Shown in pieces: positions 21,073 to 28,642 of a stretch of DNA of 64,000 nucleotides. The notes beneath the pieces are model-generated. The model was not told where the DNA came from, did not search any database, and saw nothing but the letters and a program-made list of their open reading frames with translations. The translations under genes and the position numbers were made by a program. The stretch is taken from positions 23,507 through 87,506 of the forward strand of contig JAOATY010000033.1 of the NCBI GenBank assembly GCA_030157865.1, read 5' to 3'. This DNA comes from Candidatus Nanopelagicales bacterium. Its GTDB lineage: Bacteria > Actinomycetota > Actinomycetes > S36-B12 > UBA5976. Within the stretch, counting starts at the first letter, position 1, and each line of letters starts with the position of its first letter.

Positions 21073-22053
21073 ATGCCATCAGCACTTATCACTGGAATAA
21101 CAGGACAAGACGGTCTTTATCTTGGCGAGCTTTTGCTCGATAAGGGATACGAAGTCTACGGATTGATTCGTGGTCAGAATAATCCCAAAGAAGATTTGGT
21201 TAGGACAGAACTACCGGGCGTGAAGTTAATCAACGGTGACCTAACGGATACCGCAAGCCTGTTTCGCGCTCTTGATACTTCAGCCCCTGATGAGGTTTAT
21301 AACCTCGGGGCAATTTCTTATGTTGCTTACTCATGGGATCAAGCGCAGTTAACTTCGCAAGTTACAGCAATGGGTGTTCTAAATCTTTTAGAGGCCATTC
21401 GTATTATTACTGTGGGTGGATCAACCAAGCCAAAGTTTTATCAAGCATCAAGTTCTGAAATGTTTGGCAAGGTTCAGGAAGTTCCACAGCGCGAATCAAC
21501 ATTGTTGTGGCCACGCAGCCCATACGGTGTGGCAAAAGTTTTCGGTCATTACATGACAATTAACTATCGCGAGTCCTACAACTTTCATGCTAGTTCAGGA
21601 ATTCTGTTTAATCATGAGTCACCTCGACGTGGACCAGAGTTTGTCACCCGAAAAGTTACTCAGTCAGTGGCACGTATCGCTTGCGGCAAGCAAGACAAAT
21701 TGGTTATGGGAAATCTTGATGCCCAACGAGACTGGGGCTTTGCTGGAGATTACGTGAAGGCCATGTGGCTAATGCTGCAACAAGAAGTGGCAGATGACTA
21801 TGTAGTTTCAACTGGGGAAACTCATTCAGTACGCGAGTTAGTTGAACTTGCATTTGCTGTAGCTGGAATTCCTAAATGGCAGGATTACGTTTCACAATCT
21901 GAAGCCTTTATGCGGCCAGCCGAAGTCGATTTACTGATTGGCGATCCAACAAAAGCTAAAGAAAAACTTGGATGGCAAACGGAAACGAGCTTTGAAGAGT
22001 TAGTCACCATGATGGTTGAAAATGATATGCGAATAGAAATGCAAAGCGTCTAA
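21073..22053 (+). CDS. gmd: GDP-mannose 4,6-dehydratase
   Basis: ITGITGQDG, YQASSSEMFG, PRSPYGVAK, ILFNHESPRRG, RDWG. Confidence 0.95.
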   Translation: MPSALITGITGQDGLYLGELLLDKGYEVYGLIRGQNNPKEDLVRTELPGVKLINGDLTDTASLFRALDTSAPDEVYNLGAISYVAYSWDQAQLTSQVTAMGVLNLLEAIRIITVGGSTKPKFYQASSSEMFGKVQEVPQRESTLLWPRSPYGVAKVFGHYMTINYRESYNFHASSGILFNHESPRRGPEFVTRKVTQSVARIACGKQDKLVMGNLDAQRDWGFAGDYVKAMWLMLQQEVADDYVVSTGETHSVRELVELAFAVAGIPKWQDYVSQSEAFMRPAEVDLLIGDPTKAKEKLGWQTETSFEELVTMMVENDMRIEMQSV

Positions 22054-22059
22054 ACCTAA

Positions 22060-23013
22060 ATGCGTGGATTAGTTACTGGTGTTGCTGGCCAAGATGGATG
22101 CTTGCTTTCCGATGCATTATTAAAGCGTGGCTGGGATGTAATCGGTTCAAAACTAAGTCATGAAGTTCTTAGCGCTGGACATCCGTTGAATTCTGAGTTT
22201 GTGGTTGACCTAGATGTAAGTAATCGTGCTGACGTTGAAGAATTAATTGGCAGGGTCGAACCGGATGTCATTTACCATCTTGCGGGAATTAGCTCGGTTT
22301 CGTTTTCTATAAAAGAACCTGAGATAACCAATGCGGTTAACGTCGGTGGAACTCAGAATATTTTGGATTCAATTGTTAAGAATGAGTTGTCAGATACTTT
22401 GGTTGTTCATGCTGCCAGTACTGAGATCTTTAGCGATCAAAGTGAAATGATTTCAGAATCTTCAGATCTTGGTCCGCGCTCGCCATATGGAGAATCAAAG
22501 GCTGAAGCATTTGAACTTTGCCGGGCATATCGTGCTCGTGGAGTTAAAGCAACCAATGCAATCTTGGCGAACCATGAGTCGTTTTTAAGGCCCATTGAAT
22601 TCGTGACCGGAAAAATCGCAAATGGAGTTGCACGAATTTCATTAGGCCTTGAATTAGATCTGACACTTGGGAACACAGACGTTGCTAAGGATTGGAGTGC
22701 AGCAACTGACATTGTCGAGGGCTTAGTTCTGATCGGTGAGCAAGGTTTCGTTGGCGATGTGATTTTGGCAAGTGGAACACCATCACATTTACAGGACATC
22801 ATCAAAGAGGCTTTTGCGTACGTGGGAATCTCCAATTGGCAAGACTATGTAAAGTCTGATGCAGCTCTAGTTAGGGATGGAGAAAGTAAGTCAATTCAGA
22901 TTGATCCATCCCTAGCATTTACAGAACTTGGGTGGAGAGCATCCACTCCAACGTCGCAATGGGTTGGCGAGATGGTTCAACATCATTTAAATCAACTAAG
23001 TTCGAGTAATTAA
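22060..23013 (+). CDS. Gmd paralog, probable GDP-4-keto-6-deoxy-mannose reductase (Rmd-like)
   Basis: VTGVAGQDG, SPYGESK, NHES; divergent Gmd-like sequence directly after gmd. Confidence 0.7.
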   Translation: MRGLVTGVAGQDGCLLSDALLKRGWDVIGSKLSHEVLSAGHPLNSEFVVDLDVSNRADVEELIGRVEPDVIYHLAGISSVSFSIKEPEITNAVNVGGTQNILDSIVKNELSDTLVVHAASTEIFSDQSEMISESSDLGPRSPYGESKAEAFELCRAYRARGVKATNAILANHESFLRPIEFVTGKIANGVARISLGLELDLTLGNTDVAKDWSAATDIVEGLVLIGEQGFVGDVILASGTPSHLQDIIKEAFAYVGISNWQDYVKSDAALVRDGESKSIQIDPSLAFTELGWRASTPTSQWVGEMVQHHLNQLSSSN

Positions 23014-25289
23014 CACCCGGCCATAAAGCAATACTTAACTCCACCGGATCCGCCAGAGCTTCCCGACTTAGATACCTTGATTACGATCCAGGATTTGGCT
23101 ATGCCACCTTTACCGTCATTGACGGTGTAACGAATCTTTACTGTGCCGGTCCACTTCTTTGGTGGGGTGTAGGTGATTACGTCGCCGTTGACTTCCGCTG
23201 TTCCTTGCTTAACCTTGCCGAGCGTGATGCGCAATGAGTCACCGTCAACATCTGAGATCTTGGTTGCCAACTTGATTTGAATTGGTGCGCCACCGGTCTT
23301 GGCTTTTGCTTTAGCTATCTTGGCTTTAGGTTTGTGGTTGATGTAGAGCATGGTTTCGGCGGTGTCATTACTGGAGTTTGTATCGGCAGTGGTGTGACCG
23401 GTTTTGGCAGTGGCCCAGACTTTGAACGATGTGGCGGTTCGTTTTGGTGTGACGGTGAATGTGACAGAGGCAGTTATTCCTGGGGCCAAAGGATTGATCC
23501 CCGAGATACCAAGTGCTGTTGCATTACACAACATCGTTGTGGTCGCGGTTATGGCACAACCGGCTGGAACATTTGCCACGGTCATCTGGGCGCCATCTTG
23601 CGCAACTAGTTCCAGACTTGGATTGGAATCGGCGCTTGGTCCAAGGTTTGTGACGCTGGCGGCGATGGTTGTTGACTTGCCGGCTTGGACAAAGTCGGTA
23701 GTGAAACCAACTTGGGATGCCAAGTCGATCCCAACTGGACCATAGGAAAGCGTGACGATTTGGGATTGCGCAGTTTGGGATCCAAGTGGCCCATCGAATG
23801 TTGCAGTGGCGTAGTTATCGAATTTGCCTGCGGTGGATTGGGATGCGCCGGTGACAGATCCGGTGATTGTGAATGAAGTTGTTGCTCCCGCATTTAATGC
23901 GCCAAGGTTCTTGCACACATCCCCCGCTGGCACACTCGCGCAATCTGATGCGGTGCTGGAAACCAAAGTTAAGTCAATGCCTAAGTCATCGCGAATGATT
24001 AAGTTGCTGGCGTTAGCTTGGCCGTTGTTGGTGGCAGTAATTGTGTATTGGACGGTGTCGCCGGTTTCAACAGTGCTGGCATCGCCTCCGGAAACTGCAG
24101 ATACGTATTTAGTTAGTTGAATGTCGGGCGAAGTGATTTCATTTGATAACGCGATGCCGGCTATGTAGAACACATCGCTGCTTACTGATGGTTGCAGCTC
24201 GGCGGATGTGACATTTCGGCTGAGGCCATTAACTAGCGAGATCCGATCAACATCAACTCCGAATGTGTTGCTGGCTCGCTCGATGCTTGAGTTGTTTAAG
24301 TAGGGAGTGATGATTCCAGCGAGTGAGATTGTGGAGTTGGCGATGTTGTTATCGGGATTGGCGCGATCGGCGATCACGGCGCTGCCACCTGGATCGATTA
24401 CGGAAATTGAATCGGTGGCATTGCTGGCATCGCCGTCGAATGAAACCAAGGCGACTTCAGATAACACGTTGCCAGCGTTTGCAGTTTGGAAACCATCGAA
24501 GCCAAACAAGTCATCTTCGATGATGGATTCTTGGGCCATGCCTTTAAGGATGCGAATGTGATGCGGCGAAGTCTTGGCGTCTTGATAGACCACGATGACT
24601 CCCCAGCCCGCAGCTTTGTCCCGGCCTAATGTGGTTTGGATGTTTGCCACCGAGACCGTTAGTGATTGATGCGGACCGTTAACGACCCAACCTAAGTTTG
24701 GCTGGTTTAGTTTGTCGGTGATGTCGGCGCTGGCTCGGTATGGACCAAGGCTGGTGGTTGGGTTGATTTGATAGATATCGGCGGCGGTTGCTGTGACTGC
24801 GCAATTGGTTGCGGCGCAGTTATCGTTTGGCCGTGCGAATAAGACTTGGCCTTTGGCGGCTGGATCAACGGCTGGGGTGTCGCCTGGGTTGATACGCATC
24901 GAACCGCCCCAGAACAATGTGGCGTGGATGATGCTGGCTCCGGCTGGGATGACGATTGAGCCGCTGGAGGCGTTGAAATAGCTGGCGTCGGCAAGCCCGG
25001 CAAATGGAGCCTTGATGTTGACCATTTGATAATCGTCGTTGTTTAGGCGCGTTGCGGATCTGGAACGAGCCTTGGCGCACGAGGCGGCGTAGGTGCCGGC
25101 TGTGGTGGAGCAGGTTAGGACTGAGTTTCCGGCGGTTGAGAGGTTGCCAGCGACCACACCCGAATAAGCAACGGTCATGGGTTGCAGCATCACAGCCATG
25201 GCTGGGCTGGCTAATAGGGCCAGCGGTAGGCCAAATGCGCCCAGCAGGGCAAGAGTTTTGGATAGTGGAATACGAACTGCAAACTTCAT
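23010..25289 (-). CDS. Secreted surface protein with DUF11-like and C-terminal Ig-like (Big_9/cadherin-like) domains
   Basis: Signal peptide, 'GDTVQYTITATNNG', 'DTNSSNDTA', 'DVDGDSL..ITYTP..YTVNDGKGG'. Confidence 0.8.
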   Translation of the reverse strand: MKFAVRIPLSKTLALLGAFGLPLALLASPAMAVMLQPMTVAYSGVVAGNLSTAGNSVLTCSTTAGTYAASCAKARSRSATRLNNDDYQMVNIKAPFAGLADASYFNASSGSIVIPAGASIIHATLFWGGSMRINPGDTPAVDPAAKGQVLFARPNDNCAATNCAVTATAADIYQINPTTSLGPYRASADITDKLNQPNLGWVVNGPHQSLTVSVANIQTTLGRDKAAGWGVIVVYQDAKTSPHHIRILKGMAQESIIEDDLFGFDGFQTANAGNVLSEVALVSFDGDASNATDSISVIDPGGSAVIADRANPDNNIANSTISLAGIITPYLNNSSIERASNTFGVDVDRISLVNGLSRNVTSAELQPSVSSDVFYIAGIALSNEITSPDIQLTKYVSAVSGGDASTVETGDTVQYTITATNNGQANASNLIIRDDLGIDLTLVSSTASDCASVPAGDVCKNLGALNAGATTSFTITGSVTGASQSTAGKFDNYATATFDGPLGSQTAQSQIVTLSYGPVGIDLASQVGFTTDFVQAGKSTTIAASVTNLGPSADSNPSLELVAQDGAQMTVANVPAGCAITATTTMLCNATALGISGINPLAPGITASVTFTVTPKRTATSFKVWATAKTGHTTADTNSSNDTAETMLYINHKPKAKIAKAKAKTGGAPIQIKLATKISDVDGDSLRITLGKVKQGTAEVNGDVITYTPPKKWTGTVKIRYTVNDGKGGIAKSWIVIKVSKSGSSGGSGGVKYCFMAGC

Positions 25290-25504
25290 TTGATGCCCCG
25301 TATCTAGGCCCGCATCCCCTGGGACCTAATACGCACCAATTTAGAACTTGGGGAAACCCGTTGCAAGCATTTTGTGAGATGGAATTCACCTAAATTTGGC
25401 CGTTTCTTGGGTGTGTGACAGGTGGGACTTAGAAGCAAAATTGCTAAGTTTAAAGAGATCGAGGGCGCTTGCCGCCCGCTTCCCTACCGATCTAGAGGAT
25501 TTAA

Positions 25505-27520
25505 ATGAACTTGCGCTCCCGTACAACTAGATTCGTCGTCGCTTTGGCGGCTTCGTTGTCATTAGTTGCTGGAGTTGTTGCTGTTCCTGCCACCTCAGCC
25601 TCAGCTAGCTCTGCTGGGGTTTCGGCTGGTGCCAGTATCGGTGCCAAGAAAAAGGTTTTAACGACTGAGCAAAAGAATGCCAAGAAGGCATTAGATGCTG
25701 CGATCAAAGATTTGAAGTCCAAAGAAAAGAGTTTAAAGGCTGCTGTTAAGGCGCAAGCAAAGACTGCGAAGGCTCTAGCTAAAGCTGAGAAAGCCGCCAG
25801 CACCGCACAAGTTCGCGCCGTTAAGGGTGCTTCGAAAAAAGTTAAAGCCAAAGCAAAGGCTGCTGCCAAAGCGCTCGCCAGCGCAAAAGGCAAAAACGAT
25901 CGCGCTGTGAATTTAGTTGCTCGTCGAACAGTTTTGCGTGACACCGCGCAAGCCAAAGTGATTCGCTTGGATGCTAAGTATGCGTGGTTGATTAATGACA
26001 TTTCAACTTTGCAGTGTGGTGTTGGAGACAGTGTGACGACTGCCAGTGGCGCAGTTGAAGTCGTTCGCGAATGCGGCATCGTTTACATGCACGAAGACGG
26101 CGACACTACGCACGTAAAGACAACGACTAACAAGCTTGTTGAGATTCGAAACATTGGTTTGCAGACCCCAGAACGCAAAAAGGGATCTAATGCCGCGCAG
26201 TGTGGTGCCGATGCTGCTTATGAAAACTTCAAGGCATTAATGCCTGAAGAAATCACCATCGTTCAACTTCGTTCCGTTGCTGACAGCACTAATGGTTGGG
26301 GTGGTGGCGCTCGCCCACTTCGTAGCGTTTACAAACTTAACAACGCAACGGGGCAGTTTGATATTGACGTTCAAGCAGAGCAGATCAAAGCTGGTTGGTC
26401 GCTATGGTGGCCACTTGCTGCTGAATGGGCTCACAACAAGGAATACCTTGATCTAATGAACGATGCCAAGGCTCGTGGCGTTGGACTGTGGAATCCGAAT
26501 CTTTGCGGTGCTTTCGGTGGTGGCGTGCCTTCGATGTGGTTTAGCCAAGCTGCGCCGACGATTGATTCAGATACTGAACCAGCTTTTGGTGAGTATGTGA
26601 TTTTGAAGAATGAAACTGGCGCTGCCATGGATCTAACGAATTGGATGTTGCGCGATAACTCGCTTAACTTCTTCTGGAGTGATGCCAACAGTTGGATGCA
26701 GAGCTTGAATAAGTTCGGTTCGATGGTTTTGCAGCCTGGTGAACATCGGATCATCTATTTGGATAATCCAAACGGTTACCCGCTTTCCTCGACCGAGTAT
26801 GAATACTTCAACTGGTCCCGTAATGCGCCAGGTGCTCAGTTAACTAATGGTTCTGTTGGTGCTTCGTTTAGTGCGAACTACATCAATGGTGATGGACTTT
26901 ACCTGCAAGATCCGCGTGGCAACATTCGTAACAGCATGACTAATCCATGCACCAGTGCTGCGATGTGTTCTACTCCAGCTTGGGTTACTGAAATCCTTAC
27001 TCGTTCTGGTCAGATCATTCCGATTCCAGTTGCTTTGAATAAGGTTCGCAATGAATACATCCACCCATCTAATCCAAGCCTGAACATTCCGGGCCGCGAT
27101 ACCTACAATCCAGTTGTTTCAATCGACGCCTCCAAGACTTTCGAGCAGAACAAGGCTCTGCTCGAGGCAAAAGGATTTACCGTAACTGAAGGAACGGCAA
27201 TTGCTTCTACGGTTGCAACAACACACGCTGCCCAAATCACAAATGTGGATGGTGGTGTGGTCACTAACTCTCGAGTTCCAATTGCGGACCCAACTGGAAC
27301 AATTAGAACTGTAATTAAGCTTCACCGGGGCGATGGATCCGTCGTGGTGCCAAATGTTGTTGGGCAGGCTGCGAGTGCGGCATGTGCTGCTTTGGTCGCT
27401 GCCAGACTGGCATGTGCTGTGACCGCTGGTGATGAGGCTAAGGCTGTGGCTTCTACTGCTCCTGCAGCGGGAAGCCTGGTTCAGCCAAATACTGCAGTGA
27501 CCTTGACATACGTTCCATAA
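25505..27520 (+). CDS. Secreted thermonuclease (SNase-like) + lamin-tail-like + PASTA domain protein
   Basis: Signal peptide, K/A-rich helix, DGDT...RNIGLQTPE...AKARGVGLW (SNase), GEYVILKN..DLTNWMLRD (LTD), VPNVVGQ..VTLTY (PASTA). Confidence 0.8.
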   Translation: MNLRSRTTRFVVALAASLSLVAGVVAVPATSASASSAGVSAGASIGAKKKVLTTEQKNAKKALDAAIKDLKSKEKSLKAAVKAQAKTAKALAKAEKAASTAQVRAVKGASKKVKAKAKAAAKALASAKGKNDRAVNLVARRTVLRDTAQAKVIRLDAKYAWLINDISTLQCGVGDSVTTASGAVEVVRECGIVYMHEDGDTTHVKTTTNKLVEIRNIGLQTPERKKGSNAAQCGADAAYENFKALMPEEITIVQLRSVADSTNGWGGGARPLRSVYKLNNATGQFDIDVQAEQIKAGWSLWWPLAAEWAHNKEYLDLMNDAKARGVGLWNPNLCGAFGGGVPSMWFSQAAPTIDSDTEPAFGEYVILKNETGAAMDLTNWMLRDNSLNFFWSDANSWMQSLNKFGSMVLQPGEHRIIYLDNPNGYPLSSTEYEYFNWSRNAPGAQLTNGSVGASFSANYINGDGLYLQDPRGNIRNSMTNPCTSAAMCSTPAWVTEILTRSGQIIPIPVALNKVRNEYIHPSNPSLNIPGRDTYNPVVSIDASKTFEQNKALLEAKGFTVTEGTAIASTVATTHAAQITNVDGGVVTNSRVPIADPTGTIRTVIKLHRGDGSVVVPNVVGQAASAACAALVAARLACAVTAGDEAKAVASTAPAAGSLVQPNTAVTLTYVP

Positions 27521-27530
27521 CTAAAACGAT

Positions 27531-27568
27531 AAAAGGTCCTAGTCATAACGACTGGGACCTTTTGTTTT
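27531..27568 (+). terminator. Intrinsic terminator of the nuclease gene
   Basis: AAAAGGTCCTAGTC-ATAAC-GACTGGGACCTTTTGTTTT. Confidence 0.85.
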
Positions 27569-27572
27569 GGGC

Positions 27573-27635
27573 AAAAAGCAGAGGACCAACCTTTCGGCTG
27601 GCCCTCAAGTTAGGGTACGAAACCCCTAACGTGGT
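27573..27635 (-). ncRNA. Putative structured small RNA, copy 1 (NYN-associated)
   Basis: Minus strand ACCAC-GTTAGGGG-TTTCGT-ACCCTAAC-TT-GAGGGCCAGCC-GAAA-GGTTGGTCCTC-TGCTTTTT, preceded by extended -10 TGaTAAATT; covaries with copy 2. Confidence 0.7.
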
Positions 27636-27758
27636 ACTTCAAATTTATCACGATTGATTCGTGCATCTTGTCTTTCTTGAAAAGCAGAAAACCAGCCCGA
27701 AGACTGGTTTTCAGGTCAGGGGACGAAACCCCTGAGGTGGTGATTTAAATGTATAACG
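27574..27758. repeat. Two gap-free 79-bp imperfect direct repeats (27574-27652, 27680-27758), 106-bp period
   Basis: Manual alignment gives 58/79 identical; most differences are compensatory in stems or lie in loops. Confidence 0.9.
27680..27741 (-). ncRNA. Putative structured small RNA, copy 2 (NYN-associated)
   Basis: Minus strand ACCAC-CTCAGGGG-TTTCGT-CCCCTGAC-CT-GAAAACCAGTC-TTCG-GGCTGGTTTTC-TGCTTTT; promoter TTGAAG-N17-TACATT upstream. Confidence 0.72.
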
Positions 27759-27776
27759 TTTTTTTAAAACCTTCAA
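27748..27776 (-). promoter_or_regulatory. Sigma70/SigA-type promoter for sRNA copy 2
   Basis: TTGAAG (27776-27771) -17 nt- TACATT (27753-27748). Confidence 0.65.
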
Positions 27777-27794
27777 GTAAATCTTTCACCGTAG

Positions 27795-27803
27795 TTATCC
27801 ACA
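27795..27803 (+). promoter_or_regulatory. DnaA box
   Basis: Perfect TTATCCACA. Confidence 0.55.
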
Positions 27804-27879
27804 TGTACGCAATTATGAAAAATGTGTCAGACGGCGGCGAAATAATTGTTTGGTGGAGAGTGGTAATGAATCCGAGCAG

Positions 27880-28593
27880 ATGAGCTTTAATGCGTACATT
27901 GATGGTTTCAATTTGTACAAGGGGGCACTAGAGGCACGTCCAGATTTTAAGTGGCTGGATTTGATTGGAATGTGCAAAGACTTGATGCCCACGTACGAGT
28001 TGAGGAATGTGTATTACTTCACCGCTCCACTCAAGGATCGGTTTGCAGGCGACAAAGCTAACGAGCGTCAGAATACTTACCTTCGAGTCCTTCGCCATTC
28101 AGGTGTACATGTTGTAAACGGAACTTTTCGAACAGACTTCTCGTGGCAGAGACTGGCTAGTAAAGATCGGAAAGAAACAATTCAACCTCACTTGCCACCA
28201 CGATTTGGTCTTACACAAACAGCAATAAATCATTCCTGGAAGGAGGCAGAACCTGATGCGCCGAAGGCAAGAATTGTTTCAATGAAAGAAAAGGGATCAG
28301 ATGTAAACATCGCAAGTTACTTATTACGTGATGCCTACACAAGCGACATTGCTGGAGCACTCGTTGTAACCGGCGATTCAGATCTCAGCACGGCAATTAC
28401 CTTCGCTCGCTCTACTGGTTTGATGGTCAAGATCGGTTTTCCAAATAGGAACCGAATTAGTAAAGACCTGCGGTCCAAAGCATCAGCAAGCGAGACCATT
28501 CATTCCAAAATTCTTAGGGAAAATCAATTCCCTGACACGTACATTTCCACTTCTGGTAGGCAAATAGTTAAGCCTTTTGAATGGCGCCATTAA
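27880..28593 (+). CDS. NYN-domain (PIN-like, LabA/DUF88) ribonuclease
   Basis: AYIDGFNLY, VYYFTA, EKGSDVNIA, VVTGDSDL acidic catalytic motifs intact; ATG 27880 likely (ORF track TTG 27850). Confidence 0.9.
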   Translation: MSFNAYIDGFNLYKGALEARPDFKWLDLIGMCKDLMPTYELRNVYYFTAPLKDRFAGDKANERQNTYLRVLRHSGVHVVNGTFRTDFSWQRLASKDRKETIQPHLPPRFGLTQTAINHSWKEAEPDAPKARIVSMKEKGSDVNIASYLLRDAYTSDIAGALVVTGDSDLSTAITFARSTGLMVKIGFPNRNRISKDLRSKASASETIHSKILRENQFPDTYISTSGRQIVKPFEWRH

Positions 28594-28642
28594 AACCAAT
28601 TGCAATTTGTAATTTTCAAATGCTACTAAGTGCGAAGGCTAA

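Noticed and set aside
25501-26079. 192-aa hydrophobic minus-strand ORF
   Set aside because: Mirror of the Lys/Ala-rich codons of the SNase gene.
27574-27758. CRISPR array
   Set aside because: Only two 79-bp units at ~73% identity with compensatory changes and internal promoter motifs; no cas genes; no repeat-spacer pattern.
27574-27758. Plain duplicated terminators
   Set aside because: The upstream gene already has a terminator (27531-27568), the G-U pairs favour the minus strand where no ORF ends, and each unit includes a conserved -10 and 5' leader.
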